64,000 bases of DNA from Thermoanaerobaculia bacterium (GCA_036399915.1 DASWME010000013.1:1724-65723); one strand, 5' to 3'. Numbered from the stretch's first letter, positions 1 through 9,608 are shown. Numbers and translations are program-made. Notes: generated from the letters alone by a model not told the origin.

Positions 1-189
1 GCCCGTGCGCAGGAGCGTCCCGCCGAGCGCGTAGGCGCACAGCGGGAGCATGAGCACCAGGTGGGGAAGGATGGTGTCGCCGCTCAGGTCGGTAGGGGAC
101 GGGACCCCCCAGGCAACGCCGAGCAGCGCGACCAGCAGCTTGGCGCCGACGAGCGCGAGGAGCAGCCGTTCCCAGAGATCGCTCTTCAC
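1..189 (-). CDS. Membrane protein, N-terminal part only (runs off window edge)
   Basis: Own translation from GTG at 189 (GAGGT upstream): VKSDLWERLLLALVGAKLLVALLGVAWG...HLVLMLPLCAYALGGTLL; two hydrophobic segments; not in ORF track. Confidence 0.5.
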   Translation of the reverse strand, partial: MKSDLWERLLLALVGAKLLVALLGVAWGVPSPTDLSGDTILPHLVLMLPLCAYALGGTLLRTG

Positions 190-238
190 GAAATCGCTGA
201 CCTCACGGGCTCAGCCGGACGCTCAAGCCGCCCGCTGG

Positions 239-556
239 CTACGGACAGTGGGGGCAATCCGAATCGGCCTCTACCAACCCGCACACCTCGTGACAGTCAT
301 CTTCGCCGAGGAGAGGCTTCTGCTGCTTTTCCTCAGCGAGCCGCCTACCGATCTCCTCGATCCGTGCCTTGATCTTTGCGCCGGCGTCCTCCTCCCAGAT
401 CTCCTGCGGAGTGGTGGGGACGCCTTCCTTCTTCTCAATGATCCAATCGAAATAGCGCTTGTGGAGGGCGGATTCCAACTCGGGCGTCAACGGCATGCCC
501 ATCCCTTGGCTGACCAGCTCAACGATCTCCTTCATGATCTCGTCTTGGCTTGGCAT
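239..556 (-). CDS. Small hypothetical helical protein with Cys-rich C-terminus (CxxxC...CPHCP)
   Basis: 105-aa ORF with protein-like composition; overlapping + ORFs look like shadows. Confidence 0.7.
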   Translation of the reverse strand: MPSQDEIMKEIVELVSQGMGMPLTPELESALHKRYFDWIIEKKEGVPTTPQEIWEEDAGAKIKARIEEIGRRLAEEKQQKPLLGEDDCHEVCGLVEADSDCPHCP

Positions 557-779
557 TGAGACCTCCCATCATAAGAGCGCAGGTTGAGATTTACCAGCCC
601 GCAACACTTCGGCTGGTGGCGTGCGCGTCTGGCGCTGGGCTCTAAAGGCAACGAGCGAAGGCAATATTTTCTTCGGTTGCCTACGAATTTTAGATCAGGA
701 AGACGGGACCGGTCAACCAAGGCGGGGCGGCGGGAGGCGCCGCGAGGGCCGCCTCCCGCCGGGGACCGGTTGGTTCAAC

Positions 780-1382
780 TCAATACTTGACGCTGCAACC
801 GTACGGCTTGGTGGACGCCGGGTCGGGGTTCTTGCCCGCCTTCTCCGCGTCGAGGCCGCGGCCGACGTAGTTCGTGCGCTCCGCCTTCGCCTTGCGCCCC
901 GGCGGGTCGTCGTCGATGGCGCCGTTGTAGGCGATCTTGCCGTCCGTGCCGATGATGAACATGTGCGGCGTGGTGCGGGCGTCATAGGCGTGACCCACGG
1001 TGCCTGTCTCGTCGTAGAGCACGGGGTAGTTGACGCCATTCTTCTGGTTGTACGCCAGGTGCTCGGCCGGCTGCAGATAGTCGCGGTGGCTCGAGCTGGT
1101 GCTGTTGATCCCGAGCCAGACGACCTCGCCGTGCTGCTTCGCGAGCGCGGACATCGTCTTCTCTCGCGCGTGGCGGTCGGAGAAGGGGCAGTTCGGGTTC
1201 ACCCATTCGAGCACCACGACTTTGCCCTTGTAGTCGGCGAGCGAGTAGGTCTTGCCGTCCACGCCCTTGAGCTTGAAGCCGGTGGCCATCTCGCCCACCG
1301 CGCCGCCGGCCAGGGCGGGCACGGCGGCGAGCGACAGGATGGCGAGTCCGAGGAGCGTCGTACGGATCGTCTTGCTGCGCAT
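780..1382 (-). CDS. Exported redoxin (AhpC/TSA, thioredoxin-fold) family protein
   Basis: Signal peptide; GKVVVLEWVNPNCPF, ARTTPHMFII, YNGAIDD, C-terminal GCSVKY. Confidence 0.9.
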   Translation of the reverse strand: MRSKTIRTTLLGLAILSLAAVPALAGGAVGEMATGFKLKGVDGKTYSLADYKGKVVVLEWVNPNCPFSDRHAREKTMSALAKQHGEVVWLGINSTSSSHRDYLQPAEHLAYNQKNGVNYPVLYDETGTVGHAYDARTTPHMFIIGTDGKIAYNGAIDDDPPGRKAKAERTNYVGRGLDAEKAGKNPDPASTKPYGCSVKY

Positions 1383-1383
1383 G

Positions 1384-3231
1384 TCAACCTCCTGAAGTCT
1401 GGTTGGGGATCGGCGCCCGCAGGGTGCGGGGGAGCCTTTCGGAATTGGTTTCATGAGTCTTCGTAGCGGCGGACCTGGGCACCAGCCGGTTGCGGTCCGC
1501 GGACCAGAGCGCTCCGGCGGCGCAGGCCGCGAGCCCCAGCACAAGGGCGAGCCGCAGCGCCCGGCCGGCACCCTCCCGGGCCCGCAGCCAGGCGAGCAGC
1601 CCCATGCCCAGCAGCGCCAGCTCGATCCAGGCGAGCCCCTCCGGGCTCACTTGGCGGGAGAGCGCATAGAGCAGCCAGAGGGTGCTCGCCCCGGCGAGGA
1701 AGCCCAGCCCCTCGCGCAGCCGCGCCAGCCACGGCCCGGGAGCAGGCAGCCGGCGGACCGCCGCCGGCGCCAGGATGAGCACCAGGTAGGGCAGCGCCAG
1801 GCCGAAGCCGACGACGGCGTAGACGGCGCAGACCGCCGCCGGGCCGCGCCCGAAGGCGTAGCCCACCGGCTCCTGGACCAGCGGCACGGGCCAGGCCAGG
1901 GCCAGGGGCGCGGTGAACAGGCCGGCGAGCAGATGGCGCCCGGTGCCCGTCCGGGACGAACCGGCCGGGGCGAGGGGTGCTTCCAGCAGCCCCCACAGGT
2001 TCAAGGTGAGCACCGCCGCCGCCACCGCGAGCAGGGCTCCCAGGGTGGGCTCCTGGAGCGCCGCCCCCCAGCCGGCCGGCAGCCCTCTCCGATGGACGGC
2101 GAGGGCCAGCGCGGCGAGCCCCCAGCAGGCGCCCACGACGCCGGTGGCCGCGGCCGCGGCCCGCTCTCGCACGCCCGTCTCCGCGCCGCGCAGGGCGAAG
2201 GCCTCGCCGGTGAGGAGGGCCAGCACGGTGGGCGCCAGGTTGAGCAGCATGCCGCCGAGCAACGCCCAGAGCAGAAGCCGCGGGAGGGGGTCCGGCGCCA
2301 GGACGGGCGTCTTGACCGGCTTCTCCACCGGCGCGGTCCAGACCGGCACCTCCTGCCGCACCTCCAGGTCGAAGCCCTTGCCGTCCGTCGTCGCGAGGTT
2401 GGACACCGTCCAGGCGAGCGCGACCTTGGCCGGGAGCGCCTTGCCCGCCTCCCGGACTTTCAGCGGCACGTGTAGGTTCACGCGGTCGGGGAAGACCCGG
2501 ACCCGCGGCCGGCCCGCGTCGAGCGCCTCGTGGGGCTCCAGGAAGACGTCGGTCTTCCCCGCCTGTCCGGTGACGCCGCGGAGGCGGATCTCCAGCGCCG
2601 GCGGCTGCCCCGGACGGCTCGCGTCCAGCCCCGCGCCGACCTGGAGCCCCGGCACCTCCCGGGGCAGCCGCGGCAGACGGTCCAGCCAGGCTTTGAGGAG
2701 CGGCACGGTCTCGGGATCGTTCGCGGGTGGATCGCCCACCGGCTGGTCCACGCTCAGCGTGTAGTGGTACGGGATGCAGTCGACCTCGCAGACCAGGTAG
2801 TCGAGATCGGCGGTGATGGGGAGGGGCTCTCCGTCCTCCAGAGACGCTCCCGGCTTGATCGTCGCGCGGACGGGGTAGACCACCTCCTTCTCGTAGCCGA
2901 AGGCCACCAGGCCGCCCGGCAGGTCGAAACGGTGGGGCGTAGGCCAGAGGAGATCCGGCTTGCCCAGCACCTTGGCGGGCTGGAACGCCACCGACGGCGG
3001 GAACCCGGCATCGCCGCTGTTCTTCCAGTAGACGTGCCAGCCGGGAGCAAGACGGAAGTGCAGGCCGAGGAACAGCTCGCCGCTCCGGGGGGCCACCCGC
3101 CAGGGCGTGATCAGCCGCACGCTCGACTGCGGGTTCTTGGACCACTCGCCCGCGGCCCCTCGGGCGGGGGCCGGCGCCAGGAGGACGGTCGCAACGGCGG
3201 CTGAGAGGAGCGCGGTCTTCGGCGCGTTCAT
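1384..3231 (-). CDS. DsbD/ScsB-like protein (N-terminal DsbD domain + TM domain; no C-terminal Trx domain; TM cysteines absent)
   Basis: GWHVYWKNSGDAGFPP and VCEVDCIP N-domain motifs; multi-TM region with GGMLLNLAPTVL; stop abuts redoxin start. Confidence 0.85.
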   Translation of the reverse strand: MNAPKTALLSAAVATVLLAPAPARGAAGEWSKNPQSSVRLITPWRVAPRSGELFLGLHFRLAPGWHVYWKNSGDAGFPPSVAFQPAKVLGKPDLLWPTPHRFDLPGGLVAFGYEKEVVYPVRATIKPGASLEDGEPLPITADLDYLVCEVDCIPYHYTLSVDQPVGDPPANDPETVPLLKAWLDRLPRLPREVPGLQVGAGLDASRPGQPPALEIRLRGVTGQAGKTDVFLEPHEALDAGRPRVRVFPDRVNLHVPLKVREAGKALPAKVALAWTVSNLATTDGKGFDLEVRQEVPVWTAPVEKPVKTPVLAPDPLPRLLLWALLGGMLLNLAPTVLALLTGEAFALRGAETGVRERAAAAATGVVGACWGLAALALAVHRRGLPAGWGAALQEPTLGALLAVAAAVLTLNLWGLLEAPLAPAGSSRTGTGRHLLAGLFTAPLALAWPVPLVQEPVGYAFGRGPAAVCAVYAVVGFGLALPYLVLILAPAAVRRLPAPGPWLARLREGLGFLAGASTLWLLYALSRQVSPEGLAWIELALLGMGLLAWLRAREGAGRALRLALVLGLAACAAGALWSADRNRLVPRSAATKTHETNSERLPRTLRAPIPNQTSGG

Positions 3232-3325
3232 GACGGACTCCACGGGCAAGCCTAACCGACGGCTGTCCGGCTAGAATTTCCGGGGCCGGGAGTTTTACAG
3301 GGAATTTACCCGGCCTTCGCCGAAC

Positions 3326-4600
3326 ATGCGCGTCCACTTTACCAACCTCGGCTGCAAGTTGAACCAGGCGGAGATCGAGCGCCTGGCGCGGGAGTTCGCG
3401 GCCGCCGGCCACAAGGTGGTGGAGTCGCTCGCCGAGGCGGACCTCCACGTCGTCAACTCCTGCACGGTGACGGGCACCGCGGCCCGCGCCTCGCGCAAGG
3501 CGGCCGGCCGGGCGCGGCGGTCGGGCGGCCCGCGACGGACGCGCACCGTGCTGACCGGCTGCCACGTCTCTGAATCGCCCGCGGCGGCGGCGCGGCTCGC
3601 GGGGGTGGACCTCGTCGTGCCCAACGCCGAGAAGGACCGCCTCCTCGCCCGCGTCCACGAGGCCTTCCCCGATGCCATCCCCAGAGCGGACGCGGACCTG
3701 TCCGCGCCCTGCGCGCCCCTGCCGTCCGGCAACACCCGGGCCCTGGTCAAGGTGGAGGACGGCTGCAACATGCGTTGCTCCTTCTGCATCATTCCCTTCA
3801 CCCGGGGGGCGCAACGGAGCCGGCCGCTGCCTGAGGTCGTGACGGAGGTGCGGGACCTCGTCCGCCAGGGCCGCCGCGAGATCGTGATCACGGGCGTCCA
3901 GATCTCGGCCTACCGCTGGCAGGGCGTCCGCCTCGCCGGGCTGGTGCGGGCGCTCCTCGCGGCGACCGACATCCCCCGCCTGCGCCTCACCTCCATCGCA
4001 CCGTGGGACCTCGACGAGCGGCTCCTCGATCTGTGGGAAGACCGCCGCCTCTGCCGCCATCTCCACCTCTCGCTGCAGAGCGGCTCCACCGCCACCCTGC
4101 GCCGCATGCGCCGCCCCTACACGGCGGAGGGCTACCTCGACCTCCTCGGCCGCGTCCGCGCCGCCGTCCCGGGTGTCGCCGTCACCACGGACGTCATCGT
4201 GGGCTTCCCCGGCGAGACCGGGGCGGAGTTCGCCGAGAGCCTCGCCGCCGTCGCAACGGCCGGCTTCGCCAAGGTCCACGTCTTCCCCTACTCCCCGCGC
4301 CCCGGCACCGAGGCCGAGGGGATGCCGGGCCCGGTCCCTCCCGAGGAGAAGAAGGCCCGGGTCGAAGCCATGCTGGAGGTCGCCGCCCGCGCCGAGCGAA
4401 ACTTCCAGCGCGCCCACCTCGGCTCGCGCCAGACCGTCCTTTGGGAGAGGCCGAAGGACGGGATGGGTCACGGGCTGACCGACAATTACCTCCGCGTCCT
4501 CAGCCCGTCCGGGGCCGCCCTCTCGAACCGCTTCAGCGAAGTGGAGCTGGAGGAGATCGCCCAGGACGGAATCGTGGGCAGGATCGTCGCGCCGATGTGA
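3326..4600 (+). CDS. mtaB: tRNA t6A37 methylthiotransferase (radical SAM, MiaB-like family)
   Basis: TNLGCKLNQAE, VNSCTVT, KVEDGCNMRCSFC (CxxxCxxC), HLSLQSGS, DVIVGFPGET, HVFPYSPRPGT. Confidence 0.9.
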   Translation: MRVHFTNLGCKLNQAEIERLAREFAAAGHKVVESLAEADLHVVNSCTVTGTAARASRKAAGRARRSGGPRRTRTVLTGCHVSESPAAAARLAGVDLVVPNAEKDRLLARVHEAFPDAIPRADADLSAPCAPLPSGNTRALVKVEDGCNMRCSFCIIPFTRGAQRSRPLPEVVTEVRDLVRQGRREIVITGVQISAYRWQGVRLAGLVRALLAATDIPRLRLTSIAPWDLDERLLDLWEDRRLCRHLHLSLQSGSTATLRRMRRPYTAEGYLDLLGRVRAAVPGVAVTTDVIVGFPGETGAEFAESLAAVATAGFAKVHVFPYSPRPGTEAEGMPGPVPPEEKKARVEAMLEVAARAERNFQRAHLGSRQTVLWERPKDGMGHGLTDNYLRVLSPSGAALSNRFSEVELEEIAQDGIVGRIVAPM

Positions 4601-4630
4601 CAGAGAAAGGCCAGCGCGCGTAGACCAAGC

Positions 4631-4879
4631 GTGGACCTCTCCTCAGGCTCCCTCGGCTGCTTCGAATGGGTCGTCCGCGTTATCTTCTGGGTGCTTCTCT
4701 GGCTCGGGAGGGACGAACTGGGACCAGGGTGGTTCTGGGGGCTCGCAAGTTTCTGGCTGGCTGGCTGGTGGATCTCTACGCTGGTCCCGGGCGGCCCCTA
4801 CCTCTTCACGTCCCTGCTCGCCTTGATCGACATCGCCCTGGTCCTGGTGGTCCTCCAGGGGGATGTCCGGCTCACCTGA
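4631..4879 (+). CDS. Small integral membrane protein
   Basis: 82-aa Trp-rich hydrophobic ORF filling the mtaB-ubiG gap. Confidence 0.5.
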   Translation: MDLSSGSLGCFEWVVRVIFWVLLWLGRDELGPGWFWGLASFWLAGWWISTLVPGGPYLFTSLLALIDIALVLVVLQGDVRLT

Positions 4880-4914
4880 GATAGGCCATGAATGTTGCTT
4901 GCAGGAGGGCGGCG

Positions 4915-5688
4915 ATGCCGGTCGACAACCAGCTCTACGACGAGATGGCGGACTCGTGGTGGGACGAGGACGGGTTCCTGCACGTCCTGCAGGGGCTCAA
5001 CCCCGCCCGGTTCGGCTACATGCGGCGGGTGATCGTGGACGAGTTGGGAATCGACCCCCGCGGCAGGAAGACCCTCGACGTGGGCTGCGGCGGCGGTCTC
5101 CTCGCCGAGGAGTTCGCGCGGCTGGGCTGCGACGTGACCGGCATCGACCCCTCCGAGAGGTCCCTGGAGGCGGCCCGGGCCCACGCGCGGGAGGAGGGCC
5201 TCGCGATCGGTTACCGCCAAGCCACCGGCGAGCACCTGCCGTTCCCGGACGCGGCGTTCGACCTCGCCTACTGCTGCGACGTCCTGGAGCACGTCGAGGA
5301 TCTGGGGAAGGTCATCGCGGAGATCTCTCGGGTGCTCAAGCCCGGCGGGACCTTCCTTTACGACACGATCAACCGCACCCTACGGAGCAAGCTGGTGATG
5401 ATCAAGCTCCTCCAGGAGTGGAGCTGGACGAGCTTGATGCCCCCCGACCTCCACGACTGGGGGAAGTTCATCAAGCCGCGGGAGCTGGTCTCGCTGATGG
5501 CCGCGCACGGCCTGCGGAACCAGGACCTGACGGGGCTCAACCCCGCCAGCCTGCTCCGCGCCTTCCGAGCCCTCCGAGCCCGCAAGCGGGGCGAGATCAG
5601 CTACCTGGAAGCCGCCCGGCGGATCGGCCTTCGGGAGAGCCGGGACAAGAGCATCCTGTTCATAGGGTACGCGACCAGGACGGACTGA
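4915..5688 (+). CDS. ubiG: UbiG-like SAM-dependent O-methyltransferase
   Basis: WWDEDG..L..LNPAR, LDVGCGGGLLAE, CCDVLEHV, TINRT, HDWGKFIKP. Confidence 0.8.
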   Translation: MPVDNQLYDEMADSWWDEDGFLHVLQGLNPARFGYMRRVIVDELGIDPRGRKTLDVGCGGGLLAEEFARLGCDVTGIDPSERSLEAARAHAREEGLAIGYRQATGEHLPFPDAAFDLAYCCDVLEHVEDLGKVIAEISRVLKPGGTFLYDTINRTLRSKLVMIKLLQEWSWTSLMPPDLHDWGKFIKPRELVSLMAAHGLRNQDLTGLNPASLLRAFRALRARKRGEISYLEAARRIGLRESRDKSILFIGYATRTD

Positions 5689-5757
5689 AGCGGGCCTGGT
5701 CGTCAGCGGCCCGCCGGGCCGTGGCGCATCCCGACCGGCTGTGCTACAAGAGCCCCC

Positions 5758-6564
5758 ATGTTCCTCGCCGCCGCCGTCCAGCTCACCTCGACCTCCGACG
5801 AGGACGCCAACTGGAAGAGCGCCCGGTCGCTGATCGAGCGCGCCGCCTCCTCCGGCGCCCGGTTCGTGGCCACGCCGGAGAACACCAACTACCTCGGTCC
5901 CCACGAGGAGAAGGTGCGGCGCGCCGAGCCGCTCGACGGCCGGACCTGCACCCGCTTCTCCGAGCTCGCCCGGCGGCTCGGCATCCACCTCCTGCTCGGC
6001 TCCTTCAACGAACGCAGCGACGAGGCGTCGCGCTGCTACAACACCAGCGTCTTCTTCTCGCCCGCCGGAGAGGTCCTCGCCACCTACCGCAAGATCCACC
6101 TGTTCGACGTGGACGTGCCCGGCGGGGTGCGCTTCGCCGAGTCGGCGACCTGCAAGCCGGGGGAGGGGACGGCCGTGGTGGAGACCCCCCTCGGCCGTTT
6201 CGGCCTGACGATCTGCTATGACCTGCGCTTCGCGGAGCTGTACCGGCGGCTGACAGACGAGGGGGCGGAGATCCTGATGATCCCCTCCGCCTTCACCCTC
6301 GCCACCGGCAAGGACCACTGGGAGCCGCTGCTGCGCGCCCGCGCCATCGAGACCCAGTGCTGGGTCATCGCCCCGGCCCAGCACGGCCGCCACGACGACC
6401 AGGGTCTCTCCCACACCTGGGGTCACGCCATGATCGTCGATCCCTGGGGGATTCCGGTCGCGACCGCCGCGGACGGCCCCGGCCTCGCCCTCGCCGAGAT
6501 CGACCTCGACCGCGTGGCGCGGGTGCGGCAGGCCATCCCGGTGGCCCGGCACCGGCGGCTGTAG
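5758..6564 (+). CDS. Carbon-nitrogen hydrolase (Nit1/deaminated glutathione amidase-like)
   Basis: E-K-C triad motifs TPE, YRKIHLFD, ICYDLRF; RARAIETQ. Confidence 0.9.
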   Translation: MFLAAAVQLTSTSDEDANWKSARSLIERAASSGARFVATPENTNYLGPHEEKVRRAEPLDGRTCTRFSELARRLGIHLLLGSFNERSDEASRCYNTSVFFSPAGEVLATYRKIHLFDVDVPGGVRFAESATCKPGEGTAVVETPLGRFGLTICYDLRFAELYRRLTDEGAEILMIPSAFTLATGKDHWEPLLRARAIETQCWVIAPAQHGRHDDQGLSHTWGHAMIVDPWGIPVATAADGPGLALAEIDLDRVARVRQAIPVARHRRL

Positions 6565-6590
6565 ATCGTCTGATAGGCTCCTGCCACCCC

Positions 6591-6887
6591 ATGCGCTCCG
6601 GCTATCAACTCTTCAAGCTCTGGCTGCTCGCCGCGCTGCCGCTGACCAAGGACGCGATCCACGTCTACATCGGGTTCCTCTGCCTGCTCGTCGCCCTGAT
6701 CGTCTTCCGCCGCAAGCTGACGTCCTACCAGGCGCTGGTGCCAGGGCTGCTCGTGTCGATCACGATGGAGGTCTTCGACCTGCGGGACGGCTACGGCTGG
6801 ACGGCGAGCGTCCACGACCTTGTCAACACCAACCTGATGCCGTTCGTGCTGGTCACCCTCGCCCGGCTGCAGTCCTTCAACGTCTAG
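6591..6887 (+). CDS. Small membrane protein
   Basis: MRSGYQLFKLWLL...KDAIHVYIG; three hydrophobic segments, 98 aa. Confidence 0.6.
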   Translation: MRSGYQLFKLWLLAALPLTKDAIHVYIGFLCLLVALIVFRRKLTSYQALVPGLLVSITMEVFDLRDGYGWTASVHDLVNTNLMPFVLVTLARLQSFNV

Positions 6888-8479
6888 CAGAAGGCCCCGG
6901 CGGTCTGCCGCGCCTCTCCGCGGTGGCGGACCTCGTTGAGGAGCTGCAAGAGCACGGTGGGATCGACCGGCTTGACCAGGTAGCGGTCGAAGCCGGCCTG
7001 GAGGGCCCGCCGGCGGTCCTCGGGCTGGCCGTAGCCAGTCATGGCGATCAGGGAGATCTCGTCGCCTCCCAGGACCGAGCGGATGCGGCGGGCCACCTCG
7101 TTGCCGTCGAGCCCCGGCAGGCCGATGTCGATCAGGGCCACGTGGGGCCGGCCGGAGAAGGCCCTCTCGATCCCCTCCGGACCGGTGCCCGCCACGGAGA
7201 CCTCGTGCCCCCAGATCTCCAACAGCTCGCGCAGCGACTCGCGGCCGTCCTCGTTGTCTTCCACGATCAGCACGTGGAGCCCGCCTTCGGGCTCGGCGGA
7301 GCGGGCGGCGCGCGAGGGCGCCGGCGGCCTGCGGAACACCGCGGCGTTCTCCTCGGCCAGCAGCGGCAGGCGGACGGTGAACTCGCTCCCCCGGCCAGGG
7401 CCGCCGCTCGCCGCCTCCACCCGGCCGCCGTGCAGCTCGGCGAGGCTCTTGACGAGCGGCAGGCCGAGCCCCAGCCCGCCTTCGGAGCGCTGGCGCGAGC
7501 TCTCCACCTGCGCGAAGGGCGCGAAGATCGTCTGCAGCATCTCCGGCGAGAGGCCGATGCCCGTGTCGCGCACCCGCAGGACGGCCTGCCCGTCCTCGGC
7601 ATCCACGGAGACCCGCAGCCGGCCCCCCCGCGGCGTGTACTTGACGGCGTTCTGGAGCAGGTTGCAGAGCACCTGCTCGAGCCGCACGGGGTCCCCCTGC
7701 ACCAGGGCCGGCCGCGTCTCCACCTCGACCTCCAGGCCGTTGCTCCTGGCGAGGGCCGCCATGCCCAGCTCGGAGAGGCACCGCTCGACGACCTCCTGGA
7801 GGTCGACCTGCCGCTGCTTGAGGATGATCTTGCCGCGGGTGACGCGCGAGACGTCCAGCAGATCGTCCACCATGCGCACGAGGTGGCGGGTCTGGCGCAT
7901 GATGACGTCGCGCTGGCGGACGGCCCGCTCCTCCTTCGACCCCGCCTGATCGAGCACCCACAGGGAGTTGCGGATGGCGGACAGGGGGTTGCGCAGCTCG
8001 TGGCCGAGCATGGCGAGGAACTCGTCCTTCCGGCGGTCGGCCTCGGCTTGGCGGTCGAGCAGGTCGCGCACCTCGTACTGGCGGCGGCGGGCGCGCAGGG
8101 CCGCCTTGACGGCGCTGAGCAGGGTGGTCAAGCGCACGGGCCGCTCGAGGATGGTGGCGTTGCCCAGGGGGGCGACCGTCTCGAGCACCCGCTCGCTGGT
8201 CTCGCCGCCGCGGGTGAAGACGATCAGCGGCAGGTCCGACCAGGGAGGCTGGCGCTCCAGCCCCTCCAGCAGGCCGGCGAGGACCTCCGGGTCGAGCGCC
8301 TCGTCAGCGAGGATCACGGCGCCCGCTCCAGCCTCGATCTCCCGGAGCAGCTCGGCCGAGTCGGCGCAGGCCCGGCTCGGCACCTCCATCGAGGCGAGGA
8401 GCTGGCAGGCGAGGGTGGCGTCGCGGCCGGTGGGCGTCATCACCAGCACGCGCTCTTCGAGCGGACCCGTCTCAAGCAA
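6884..8479 (-). CDS. Hybrid sensor histidine kinase/response regulator (REC-like + HisKA + HATPase_c + REC)
   Basis: FLAMLGHELRNPL, NLLQNAVKYT, DTGIG, GLGLGL, LIVEDN, DIGLPGLDG, LVKP; TTG start. Confidence 0.95.
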   Translation of the reverse strand: MLETGPLEERVLVMTPTGRDATLACQLLASMEVPSRACADSAELLREIEAGAGAVILADEALDPEVLAGLLEGLERQPPWSDLPLIVFTRGGETSERVLETVAPLGNATILERPVRLTTLLSAVKAALRARRRQYEVRDLLDRQAEADRRKDEFLAMLGHELRNPLSAIRNSLWVLDQAGSKEERAVRQRDVIMRQTRHLVRMVDDLLDVSRVTRGKIILKQRQVDLQEVVERCLSELGMAALARSNGLEVEVETRPALVQGDPVRLEQVLCNLLQNAVKYTPRGGRLRVSVDAEDGQAVLRVRDTGIGLSPEMLQTIFAPFAQVESSRQRSEGGLGLGLPLVKSLAELHGGRVEAASGGPGRGSEFTVRLPLLAEENAAVFRRPPAPSRAARSAEPEGGLHVLIVEDNEDGRESLRELLEIWGHEVSVAGTGPEGIERAFSGRPHVALIDIGLPGLDGNEVARRIRSVLGGDEISLIAMTGYGQPEDRRRALQAGFDRYLVKPVDPTVLLQLLNEVRHRGEARQTAGAFC

Positions 8480-8640
8480 CTTCCGTCTCTCCTTCGGCTC
8501 CTTGACTGGTGCGCATCAGAGGCTCGGCGTCACCGGTGCGCTCGCGAGCAGGATTTGCAACGCGCGGAGCCGACATGCAGTTACACCTCGGGCGGCGAGG
8601 CGCTTGCCGCCCGAGGTTCTGCAATTCGGGTGCCGTCGGT

Positions 8641-9462
8641 CTAATGCTCGGGGTCTTCTGTCTTGGGGACGTCGCTGCCGGCCAGCGGGCCGTAGCCGTC
8701 CTTCCCGGGGCGGTCCGGGATGGTGATCAGCGCCTGGCCCACGTTGTTGAAGTAGTTCGATTCCTGCAGGGCGTGGCACATCCCGTTCGGGTCGAGGAAC
8801 CGGCACGGGTTGTCTTTGGTCGCCTTGTAGGGCGGGTTGGCGGTGATGCGGATGATGTAGTCGCCAGGGGGCACGACCGGCTGGCCGTCGCCGCCATCGA
8901 GGACGAAGTACTGGCCGCCGAGGAAGAAACGGTAGGTGTCCGTCCAGCCGTGGCTGATGCCCTGGTTGCCCGACACGCTCAGGGTGCCGCACGAGTGGTA
9001 GACCGGATTCTTCGGCACCTCGCCCAGATAGGCCGGGTTCGGGTCGGTGTCGAGCATGCAGAAGCCGCGCTTGGCCGCCTTCCAGACCTTGCCCGTCCGC
9101 GGGTCGATCAGCTCGTAGGTCGCGTAGTTGCGGAAGTGGAAGTGATCGTGGCAGGTGCTTAGCTCGAACAGCCCGTCGTTGGCCGAGTAGTGCGCCAGCG
9201 GGTCGCCGATGTTGATGTCGGCGGTGCCCATGTTGGCTGTCATGACGGTGAACCGCACCAGCCGGCGCAGGCCCGGGGTGACCTCGCCCTCGATGACGCT
9301 GCAGAAGCTGGCGTCCAGCTTCTCGTCGCGCACCACCCACTGGCGCTCCAGGATGTCCGTGCGCACCACCAGGTCCGGCAGGCCCTGGGCCCTGGCCGGA
9401 GCGCCCACACACAACGCGCCGAGAGCCAGACAGGTCGACGCAAGCAATCTCCTTGTCCTCAC
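8641..9462 (-). CDS. Secreted lysyl oxidase-like copper enzyme
   Basis: Signal peptide; LPDLVV, CHDHFH (Cu site), KRGFCMLD, QGISHGWTDTY match LOX catalytic-domain motifs; GTG start with GGAGG. Confidence 0.85.
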   Translation of the reverse strand: MRTRRLLASTCLALGALCVGAPARAQGLPDLVVRTDILERQWVVRDEKLDASFCSVIEGEVTPGLRRLVRFTVMTANMGTADINIGDPLAHYSANDGLFELSTCHDHFHFRNYATYELIDPRTGKVWKAAKRGFCMLDTDPNPAYLGEVPKNPVYHSCGTLSVSGNQGISHGWTDTYRFFLGGQYFVLDGGDGQPVVPPGDYIIRITANPPYKATKDNPCRFLDPNGMCHALQESNYFNNVGQALITIPDRPGKDGYGPLAGSDVPKTEDPEH

Positions 9463-9608
9463 GATGGATGTCCTCCAGAAGAGCTCTGCGCCCGGGCTTG
9501 GGCGAGAGACGGCCACGCCTCGCGATCCGAGGGGTTTCAACCCATAGAGTGCCACAAAAGGGGGAATCCGGGTCAACCCGGCCCCTCACCTCCCCGCCCT
9601 CCCCTGGG

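Noticed and set aside
1451-4471. Very long alternative-frame ORFs (e.g. 1451-4471, 9453-11774, 26875-29253, 33760-36963, 53321-55675)
   Set aside because: Shadow ORFs typical of about 70% GC DNA: R/P/G/A-rich, no motifs, and they overlap well-supported genes
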